DNA from: Ranitomeya imitator
Lineage: Eukaryota
Length of the DNA: 64,000 nucleotides
Assembly: GCF_032444005.1 (NCBI RefSeq)
Contig: NC_091284.1
Location: forward strand, 16,120,001-16,184,000
Direction of reading: 5' to 3'
Made by a program: the position numbers and the translations under genes. The stretch's first letter is position 1, and every line of letters begins with the position of its first letter. Under the pieces are notes generated by a model. That model made no database searches, was not told the DNA's origin, and saw nothing but the letters and a program-made list of their open reading frames with translations. Positions 50,781 through 60,095 of the stretch are shown piece after piece.

Positions 50781-51717
50781 CTACTTGGGCCCAAAACTTA
50801 GACCACAACCCCCTAAACTAATCTAGAATGTGTAACTAAGTGTTAAAACTAATACAGAGCAGACGAGAACTCAATTATTCGAAAGACCCCCAGTCCCAAC
50901 CCCCTTAAACTAATATAGACCCAAGATCAGACCCTCTAAAGTAATCCAGACACCATAGACACTATAGAACGAGCAGCTTACACTCTCCTCTGAAGAATCT
51001 GCTGCTCTGGACCACGGACCTGCACATATATGGGACCACGGGTCATCCTTCAGGTCCTAAACTGATGTGACCGTGGGTCGTCCTGCAGGTCCTAAACCGA
51101 TAAGTAGCCATGGGTCGTTCTGCAGGTACTAAGCCGATAAGTGACCGCGGGTCGTTCTGCAGGTCCTAAACCGATAAGTAGCCATAGGTCGTTCTTCAGA
51201 TCCTAAACCGATAAGTGACTATGGGTCGTCCTGCAGATCCTAAACCGATAAGTAGCCACGGGTCGTTCTGCAGGTCCTAAACCGATAAGTAACCATGGGT
51301 TGTCCTGCAGGTCCTAAACCGATAAGTAACCATGGGTTGTCCTGCAGGTCCTAAACCGATAAGTAACCATGGGTCGTCCTGCAGGTACTAAACCGATAAG
51401 TAACCATGGGTCGTCCTGCAGGTCCTAAACCGATAAGTAGCCATGGGTCGTCCTGCAGGTACTAAACCGATAAGTAACCATGGGTCGTCCTGCAGGTACT
51501 AAGCCGATAAGTAGCCATGGGTTGTTCTGCAGGTACTAAACCGATAAGTAACCATGGGTCGTTCTGCAGGTACTAAACCGATAAGTGACTATGGGTCGTC
51601 CTGCAGGTAACATAACATAGTAACATAGTTAGTAAGGCCGAAAAAAGACATTTGTCCATCCAGTTCAGCCTATATTCCATCATAATAAATCCCCAGATCT
51701 ACGTCCTTCTACAGAAC

Positions 51718-54498
51718 CTAATAATTGTATGATACAATATTGTTCTGCTCCAGGAAGACATCCAGGCCTCTCTTGAACCCCTCGACTGAGTTCGCCATCA
51801 CCACCTCCTCAGGCAAGCAATTCCAGATTCTCACTGCCCTAACAGTAAAGAATCCTCTTCTATGTTGGTGGAAAAACCTTCTCTCCTCCAGACGCAAAGA
51901 ATGCCCCCTTGTGCCCGTCACCTTCCTTGGTATAAACAGATCCTCAGCGAGATATTTGTATTGTCCCCTTATATACTTATACATGGTTATTAGATCGCCC
52001 CTCAGTCGTCTTTTTTCTAGACTAAATAATCCTAATTTCGCTAATCTATCTGGGTATTGTAGTTCTCCCATCCCCTTTATTAATTTTGTTGCCCTCCTTT
52101 GTACTCTCTCTAGTTCCATTATATCCTTCCTGAGCACCGGTGCCCAAAACTGGACACAGTACTCCATGTGCGGTCTAACTAGGGATTTGTACAGAGGCAG
52201 TATAATGCTCTCATCATGTGTATCCAGACCTCTTTTAATGCACCCCATGATCCTGTTTGCCTTGGCAGCTGCTGCCTGGCACTGGCTGCTCCAGGTAAGT
52301 TTATCATTAACTAGGATCCCCAAGTCCTTCTCCCTGTCAGATTTACCCAGTGGTTTCCCATTCAGTGTGTAATGGTGATATTGATTCCCTCTTCCCATGT
52401 GTATAACCTTACATTTATCATTGTTAAACCTCATCTGCCACCTTTCAGCCCAAGTTTCCAACTTATCCAGATCCATCTGTAGCAGAATACTATCTTCTCT
52501 TGTATTAACTGCTTTACATAGTTTTGTATCATCTGCAAATATCGATATTTTACTGTGTAAACCTTCTACCAGATCATTAATGAATATGTTGAAGAGAACA
52601 GGTCCCAATACTGACCCCTGTGGTACCCCACTGGTCACAGCGACCCAGTTAGAGACTATACCATTTATAACCACCCTTTGCTTTCTATCACTAAGCCAGT
52701 TACTAACCCATTTACACACATTTTCCCCCAGACCAAGCATTCTCATTTTGTGTACCAACCTCTTGTGCGGCACGGTATCAAACGCTTTGGAAAAATCGAG
52801 ATATACCACGTCCAATGACTCACCGTGGTCCAGCCTATAGCTTACCTCTTCATAAAAACTGATTAGATTGGTTTGACAGGAGCGATTTCTCATAAACCCA
52901 TGCTGATATGGAGTTAAACAGTTATTCTCATTGAGATAATCCAGAATAACATCCCTCAGAAACCCTTCAAATATTTTACCAACAATAGAGGTTAGACTTA
53001 CTGGCCTATAATTTCCAGGTTCACTTTTAGAGCCCTTTTTGAATATTGGCACCACATTTGCTATGCGCCAGTCCTGCGGAACAGATCCTGTCGCTATAGA
53101 GTCCCTAAAAATAAGAAATAATGGTTTATCTATTACATTACTTAGTTCTCTTAGTACTCGTGGGTGTATGCCATCCGGACCCGGAGATTTATCTATTTTA
53201 ATCTTATTTAGCCGGTTTCGCACCTCTTCTTGGGTTAGATTGGTGACCCTTAATATAGGGTTTTCATTGTTTCTTGGGATTTCACCTAGCATTTCATTTT
53301 CCACCGTGAATACCGTGAAGAAGAAGGTGTTTAATATGTTAGCTTTTTCCTCGTCATCTACAACCATTCTTTCCTCACTATTTTTTAAGGGGCCTACATT
53401 TTCAGTTTTTATTCTTTTACTATTGATATAGTTGAAGAACAGTTTGGGATTAGTTTTACTCTCCTTAGCAATGTGCTTCTCTGTTTCCTTTTTGGCAGCT
53501 TTAATTAGTTTTTTAGATAAAGTATTTTTCTCCCTATAGTTTTTTAGAGCTTCAATGGTGCCATCCTGCTTTAATAGTGCAAATGCTTTCTTTTTACTGT
53601 TAATTGCCTGTCTTACTTCTTTGTTTAGCCACATTGGGTTTTTCCTATTTCTAGTCCTTTTATTCCCACAAGGTATAAACCGCTTACACTGCCTATTTAG
53701 GATGTTCTTAAACATTTCCCATTTATTATCTGTATTCTCATTTCTGAGGATATTGTCCCAGTCTACCAGATTAAGGGCATCTCTAAGCTGTTCAAACTTT
53801 GCCTTCCTAAAGTTCAATGTTTTTGTGACTCCCTGACAAGTCCCCCTAGTGAAAGACAGGTGAAACTGCACAATATTGTGGTCGCTATTTCCTAAATGCC
53901 CAACCACCTGCAGATTTGTTATTCTGTCAGGTCTATTAGATAGTATTAGGTCTAAAAGTGCTGCTCCTCTGGTTGGATTCTGCACCAATTGTGAAAGATA
54001 ATTTTTCTTGGTTATTAGCAGAAACCTGTTGCCTTTATGGGTTTCACAGGTTTCTGTTTCCCAGTTAATATCCGGGTAGTTAAAGTCCCCCAAAACCAGG
54101 ACCTCATTATGGGTTGCAGCTTCATCTATCTGCTTTAGAAGTAGACTTTCCATGCTTTCTGTTATATTTGGGGGTTTGTAACAGACCCCAATGAGAATTT
54201 TGTTACCATTTTTCCCTCCATGAATTTCGACCCATATGGACTCGACATCTTCATTCCCTTCGCTAATATCCTCCCTTAAAGTGGACTTTAGACAAGACTT
54301 TACATAGAGACAAACCCCTCCTCCTCTCCGATTTTTACGATCCTTTCTAAACAGACTGTAACCCTGTAAGTTAACTGCCCAGTCATAGCTTTCATCTAAC
54401 CATGTCTCGGTTATTCCCACTATGTCAAAGTTACCTGTAGATATTTCTGCTTCTAGTTCTTCCATCTTGTTTGTCAGGCTTCTGGCGTTTGCGAGCAT
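51718..54498 (-). CDS. CR1 ORF2p: APE endonuclease + reverse transcriptase, 926 aa from the first ATG (frame open to 54789)
   Basis: Endonuclease motifs NARSL, GITETW, GGGV, GDFN, LDLIL, SDH; RT motifs [18 protein letters not shown]; no stops or frameshifts. Confidence 0.93.
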   Translation of the reverse strand: MLANARSLTNKMEELEAEISTGNFDIVGITETWLDESYDWAVNLQGYSLFRKDRKNRRGGGVCLYVKSCLKSTLREDISEGNEDVESIWVEIHGGKNGNKILIGVCYKPPNITESMESLLLKQIDEAATHNEVLVLGDFNYPDINWETETCETHKGNRFLLITKKNYLSQLVQNPTRGAALLDLILSNRPDRITNLQVVGHLGNSDHNIVQFHLSFTRGTCQGVTKTLNFRKAKFEQLRDALNLVDWDNILRNENTDNKWEMFKNILNRQCKRFIPCGNKRTRNRKNPMWLNKEVRQAINSKKKAFALLKQDGTIEALKNYREKNTLSKKLIKAAKKETEKHIAKESKTNPKLFFNYINSKRIKTENVGPLKNSEERMVVDDEEKANILNTFFFTVFTVENEMLGEIPRNNENPILRVTNLTQEEVRNRLNKIKIDKSPGPDGIHPRVLRELSNVIDKPLFLIFRDSIATGSVPQDWRIANVVPIFKKGSKSEPGNYRPVSLTSIVGKIFEGFLRDVILDYLNENNCLTPYQHGFMRNRSCQTNLISFYEEVSYRLDHGESLDVVYLDFSKAFDTVPHKRLVHKMRMLGLGENVCKWVSNWLSDRKQRVVINGIVSNWVAVTSGVPQGSVLGPVLFNIFINDLVEGLHSKISIFADDTKLCKAVNTREDSILLQMDLDKLETWAERWQMRFNNDKCKVIHMGRGNQYHHYTLNGKPLGKSDREKDLGILVNDKLTWSSQCQAAAAKANRIMGCIKRGLDTHDESIILPLYKSLVRPHMEYCVQFWAPVLRKDIMELERVQRRATKLIKGMGELQYPDRLAKLGLFSLEKRRLRGDLITMYKYIRGQYKYLAEDLFIPRKVTGTRGHSLRLEERRFFHQHRRGFFTVRAVRIWNCLPEEVVMANSVEGFKRGLDVFLEQNNIVSYNY

Positions 54499-54635
54499 GC
54501 AGTTTAGAGGATTTTGTTTTGTTCCAATCTCCTCGCTGTGGATTGTTTTAGAAATGTTCTTACCTCCCTTCTGAGTATGTTTTCCTGGGTCTTCTTTGTT
54601 CAAGTCTAATGTTTTTCTTCCCGTCCCCTCTTCTT

Positions 54636-54930
54636 CTAGTTTAACGCCCTCCTGATGAGTGTAGCGAGTCTTCTGGCGAATGTGTGTTTCCCAGGTTTGT
54701 TGAGGTGTAGTCCGTCTCTGGCGAGGAGTCCATCGTACCAGTAATTCACACCGTGGTCCAGGAATCCGAATCCTTGTTGTCTGCACCATCGTCTTAGCCA
54801 GTTGTTTGCATCAAGGATCCTGTTCCATCTCCTGGTGCCATGCCCGTCTACTGGAAGGATAGAAGAAAAAACTACCTGTGCATCCAGTTCCTTTACTTTC
54901 TTCCCCAACTCTTCAAAGTCCTTGCAGATT
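54636..54930 (-). pseudogene. C-terminal fragment of CR1 ORF1p (SGNH/GDSL esterase-like domain)
   Basis: ...VVFSSILP...NNWLRRWCRQQGFGFLDH...DGLHLN. The DxxH block is typical of the esterase domain in CR1/L2-clade ORF1. Confidence 0.75.
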
Positions 54931-56111
54931 GTCGTCCTGCAGGTACTAAGCCGATAAGTAGCCATGGGTCGTTCTGCAGGTACTAAACCGATAAGTAACC
55001 ATGGGTCGTTCTGCAGATCCTAAACCGATAAGTAGCCATGGGTCGTTCTGCAGATCCTAAACCGATAAGTAACCATGGGTTGTTCTGCAGATCCTAAACC
55101 GATAAGTAGCCATGGGTCGTTCTGCAGATCCTAAACCGATAAGTAACCATGGGTCGTCCTGCAGGTCCTAAACCGATAAGTAGCCATGGGTCGTTCTGCA
55201 GGTACTAAACCGATAAGTAACCATGGGTCGTTCTGCAGATCCTAAACCGATAAGTAGCCATGGGTCGTTCTGCAGATCCTAAACCGATAAGTAACCATGG
55301 GTCGTCCTGCAGGTCCTAAACCGATAAGTAGCCATGGGTCGTTCTGCAGGTACTAAACCGATAAGTAACCATGGGTCGTTCTGCAGATCCTAAACCGATA
55401 AGTAACCATGGGTCGTTCTGCAGATCCTAAACCGATAAGTAGCCATGGGTCGTTCTGCAGGTACTAAGCCGATAAGTAGCCATGGGTCGTTCTGCAGGTA
55501 CTAAACCGATAAGTGACCATGGGTCGTTCTGCAGGTACTAAACCGATAAGTAGCCATGGGTCGTTCTGCAGGTACTAAACCGATAAGTAACCATGGGTCG
55601 TTCTGCAGATCCTAAACCGATAAGTAACCATGGGTCGTTCTGCAGATCCTAAACCGATAAGTAGCCATGGGTCGTTCTGCAGGTACTAAGCCGATAAGTA
55701 GCCATGGGTCGTTCTGCAGGTACTAAACCGATAAGTGACCATGGGTCGTTCTGCAGGTACTAAACCGATAAGTAGCCATGGGTCGTTCTGCAGGTACTAA
55801 ACCGATAAGTAGCCATGGGTCGTTCTGCAGATCCTAAACCGATAAGTAACCATGGGTCGTTCTGCAGATCCTAAACCGATAAGTGACTATGGGTCGTTCT
55901 GCAGGTACTAAACCGATAAGTGCCAAGAATCCACAAAGCCATAATGTGCATAACATCTTTGGCTGATCATGGGCCACTCCGACATTTTGCATGGCATGAA
56001 GCCAATGATATAATCTGCTGGCTGGGGGACAAGACACAGCCGCCATTATTTCTCCTGCGATGCTCCACTGTATTATATGCGCAATGTAAGTGTGAAGCAT
56101 CATGGCAGCTA

Positions 56112-56288
56112 CAGCGGGTGAAATAAGTATTGAACACGTCTAAAGTTACACATCATTTATGGACCTCTATAGATGATTTCTTTCCTGTGTGGATTGGATG
56201 GGTTGTCACCGACATCTGGTCAATTGCACCTTCACAAATAGATTTACTAGGAAATTGGTGATGTGTTTAATTCTTATTTCGCCCGCTG
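56112..56288. mobile_element. Tc1-derived MITE (177 bp)
   Basis: ~26-bp TIRs CAGCGGG(T/C)GAAATAAG(T/A)ATT(G/A)AACAC with TA on both flanks. Confidence 0.8.
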
Positions 56289-57019
56289 TATATTGGCAGC
56301 CACAATGGATATTTCCCGGCTTTTCTAGGTTCACACAGGACTGAGAAATGGCTGCACCATCCTTAGAACAAATAGAGATGACTTCCTAGAATTGACTTGA
56401 TGATTTGGGGTCCGTGCTGTGACCCCCCCAGCATAACGTAGCTTTATTAATATCATGGATTGGCTGTGATCATAATAACCAGCAGAGAAGCGACGTTCCT
56501 GGCGGGGAGCGCCTGAGGTTATCCTGCGGCTCCCCGGGGACACGGTGTCTGAAAGCCGCAATTATCAGCATCTCTCGCAGAGATTCAGTTGTGCTATTGC
56601 AATGATTTCTACAACTGGAATTGTCGCCAAACTGAAGGCGGCGGAGACAGAACGATCCGACTCCTGTGCCAAGTTATCTGACTGGGAAAGACAGCGCGTA
56701 GCAGAGCTGAGCGTGTAGCAGAGCGCAGCCGGTAACACTACATCATGTGCCTATGAGTCCTGGGAGGGGGCCAGGTTATAGAAATGTGCCCCAAAAAGGG
56801 GCCAATGGGTGAGGATGATTTGGTCAAAAAGAGAAGTTAGTTTATAGAAGACAATCAGTGACCATCACATAACACTGAGACTTTGGATACAGATACAGGC
56901 CTGATATCCGGCCCTGAGCCACGGGGGCCTCATTTGACATGCTGAAGGTACAGACGAGGGGTCTACAAGTGTATAACTAAAACCCCCAAAGGTCCATTAG
57001 GACAGATGTGAGAAATATA

Positions 57020-58170
57020 AATGAGCATCATCGCCCCAATCCTCCTGTACGGCAGTGAAGTCCGGGGTCCTCACACATCCCAAGGTGGGATTCCAGCCCA
57101 ACAGAAATATTCCATCTAGACTGCAGTAAGCCCCTTCTCCAGGTCCATCGGAGCACCACCAACAGTGTCTGCTGGACTGAGTGAGGCAGATTCCCCTACA
57201 CCTCACAGTCCAGAATAGGGCGCTGTCCTTCCATGGTCACCAACTTAGGAGCAGTTCGAGCTCGTATTACCATAAAGCCCTGCTACATGCAGGTGGCCCA
57301 CCCAAACCAGGACCCCAGAACAACTCAACCAGGCTCCACTGGATCTGCGCACCCAAACAAGGACCCCGGAACAGCTCAACCAGGCTCTACTGGGACTGCG
57401 CAGCCAAACAAGGACCCCGGAACAGCTCAACCAGGCTCTACTGGGACTGCGCAGCCAAACAAGGACCCCCGGAACAGCCCACCCAGGCTCCACTGGAACT
57501 GCGCACCCAAGCAAGGACCACCGGAACAGCTCAACCAGGCTCCACTGGAACTGCGCACCCAAGCAAGGACCCCCGGAACAGCTCAACCAGGCTCCACTGG
57601 AACTGCGCAGCCAAACAAGGACCCCCGGAACAGCCCACTCAGGCTCCACTGGAACTGCGCACCCAAGCAAGGACCCCCGGAACAGGTCAACCAGGCTCCA
57701 CTGGAACTGCGCACACAAACAAGGACCCCCGGAACAGCCCACCCAGGCTCCACTGGATCTGCGCACCCAAACAAGGACCCCGGAACAGCCCAACCAGGCT
57801 CTACTGGGACTGCGCACCCAAACAAGGACCCCCGGAACAGCCCAATCAGGCTCCACTGGAACTGTGCACCCAAACAAGGACCCCGGAACAGCCCACCCAG
57901 GCTCCATTGGAACTGCGCACCCAAACCAGGACCATGAAAACAGCCTATATTGACCTAAACACCAATCACAGCAGCCTGATAAAAGTCATAATCAGGAAGA
58001 TAGGAGCCGAGAGCCAGGAGAAGTGACTGGAGGAGCGATATCATCACCGCACAGAAACTGATCGTGTACCGGAGTCTATAGAGAGACTACAGACTGGCTC
58101 CATATCTGGATAAACTCACGGACCCCAGAGACCGCCAGATCCTGAGCCGGTATAGACTCAGTGCCACACT
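57020..58170 (+). mobile_element. Degenerate L2/Crack/Daphne-like LINE ORF2 C-terminal remnant, interrupted by a ~52-bp repeat
   Basis: Fragments IIAPILLYGSEV, GRFPLHLTVQNRALSFHGH and YRLAPYLDKLTDPRDRQILSRYRLSAH, with stops and frameshifts. Confidence 0.6.
57300..57930. repeat. ~51-52-bp tandem repeat inside a LINE remnant
   Basis: Unit GGAACAGCTCAACCAGGCTCCACTGGAACTGCGCACCCAAGCAAGGACCCCC. Confidence 0.9.
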
Positions 58171-58173
58171 CAC

Positions 58174-60095
58174 TCAGTATGTGAGCGTGGGGGAGAGCAG
58201 TGCAGTATGTGAGCGTGGGGGAGAGCAACGCAGTATGTGAGTGTGGGGGAGAGAGCAGCGCAGTATGTGAGCACAGGGGAGAGAGCAGCGCAGTATGTGA
58301 GTGCGGGGGAGAGCAGCGCAGTATGTGAGCACGGGAGAGAGCAGTGCAGTATGTGAGCGCGGGGGAGAGAGCAGTGCAGTATGTGAGCGTGGGGGAGAGA
58401 GCAGCGCAGTATGTGAGCGCGGGAGAGAGCAGCGCACTATGTGAGCACGGGAGAGAGCAGTGCAGTATGTGAGCGCGGGAGAGAGCAGTGCAGTATGTGA
58501 GCGTGGGGGAGAGAGCAGTGCAGTATGTGAGCGTGGGGGAGAGAGCAGCGCAGTATGTGAGCACGGGAGAGAGCAGTGCAGTATGTGAGCGTGGGGGCGA
58601 GAGCAGTGCAGTATGTGAGTGCGGGAGAGAGCAGCGCAGTATGTGAGCACGGGAGAGAGCAGCGCAGTATGTGAGCGTGGGGGAGAGCAACGCAGTATGT
58701 GAGTGTGGGGGAGAGCAACGCAGTATGTGAGTGTGGGGGAGAGAGCAGCGCAGTATGTGAGCACAGGGGAGAGAGCAGCGCAGTATGTGAGTGCGGGGGA
58801 GAGCAGCGCAGTATGTGAGCACGGGAGAGAGCAGTGCAGTATGTGAGCGCGGGGGAGAGAGCAGTGCAGTATGTGAGCGTGGGGGCGAGAGCAGTGCAGT
58901 ATGTGAGCGTGGGGGAGAGAGCAGCGCAGTATGTGAGCACGGGAGAGAGCAGCGCAGTATGTGAGCACGGGAGAGAGCAGTGCAGTATGTGAGCGTGGGG
59001 GCGAGAGCAGTGCAGTATGTGAGTGCGGGAGAGAGCAGCGCAGTATGTGAGCACGGGAGAGAGCAGCGCAGTATGTGAGCACGGGAGAGAGCAGTGCAGT
59101 ATGTGAGCACGGGAGAGAGCAGTGCAGTATGTGAGCGTGGGGGCGAGAGCAGTGCAGTATGTGAGCGTGGGGGAGAGAGCAGCGCAGTATGTGAGCGCGG
59201 GAGAGAGCAGCGCAGTATGTGAGCACGGGAGAGAGCAGTGCAGTATGTGAGCGTGGGGGCGAGAGCAGTGCAGTATGTGAGCGTGGGGGAGAGAGCAGCG
59301 CAGTATGTGAGCGCGGGAGAGAGCAGCGCAGTATGTGAGCACGGGAGAGAGCAGTGCAGTATGTGAGCGCGGGGGAGAGATCAGCGCAGTATGTGAGCGT
59401 GGGGGAGAGAGCAGCGCAGTATGTGAGTGCGGGGGAGAGCAGCGCAGTATGTGAGCGTGGGGGAGAGCAGCGCAGTATGTGAGCGTGGGGGGGAGAGCAG
59501 TGCAGTATGTGAGCGGGGGCAAGAGCAGCGCAGTATGTGAGCGTGGGGGAGAGCAGCGCAGTATGTGAGCACAGGAGAGAGAGCAGCGCAGTATGTGAGT
59601 GCGGGGGAGAGCAGCGCAGTATGTGAGCGTGGGGGAGAGCAGCGCAGTATGTGAGCGTGGGGGAGAGCAGCGCAGTATGTCAGCACAGGGGAGAGAGATC
59701 AGCGCAGTATGTGAGCGTGGGGGAGAGAGCAGTGCAGTATGTGAGCGCGGGAGAGAGCAGCGCAGTATGTGAGCGTGGGGGAGAGCAGCGCAGTATGTGA
59801 GCGCGGAGAGAGATCAGCGCAGTATGTGAGCGTGGGGGAGAGAGCAGCGCAGTATGTGAGCGCGGGAGAGAGCAGCGCAGTATGTGAGCACGGGAGAGAG
59901 CAGCGCAGTATGTGAGCGCGGGGGAGAGATCAGCGCAGTATGTGAGCGCGGGGGAGAGATCAGCGCAGTATGTGAGCGTGGGGGAGAGAGCAGCGCAGTA
60001 TGTGAGCGCGGGGGAGAGCAGTGCAGTATGTAAGCACGGACGAGAGAGAGCAGCACAGTATGTGAGCACAGGAGGAGAGATCAGCGCAGTATGTG
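58174..60095. repeat. 28-30-bp minisatellite (CGCAGTATGTGAGCGTGGGGGAGAGCAG)
   Basis: Direct inspection. Confidence 0.95.

Larger units (their letters stand above)
51610..54930 (-). mobile_element. CR1 LINE with intact ORF2, 5'-truncated within ORF1
   Basis: 3' tail (TATGTTAC)n at 51610; 15-bp TSD GTCGTCCTGCAGGTA at 51595-51609 and 54931-54945; inserted in the 37-bp array. Confidence 0.96.
51045..55920. repeat. 37-bp minisatellite (split by CR1 at 51610-54930)
   Basis: Unit CTAAACCGATAAGTAACCATGGGTCGTTCTGCAGGTA. Confidence 0.96.

Noticed and set aside
51725-53836. Plus-strand ORFs of 93-215 aa (also 34449-35564 on the minus strand)
   Set aside because: Antisense shadows of CR1 ORF2.
54499-54789. 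N-terminal 97 aa of the 1023-aa ORF as part of ORF2p
   Set aside because: Non-ATG start overlapping the ORF1 end; endonuclease homology begins near the ATG at 54498. Use by frameshifting cannot be excluded but is unsupported.
45380-55920. 36-37-bp repeats resembling CRISPR direct repeats in length
   Set aside because: Units are head to tail with no unique spacers, there are no cas genes, and the context is eukaryotic.
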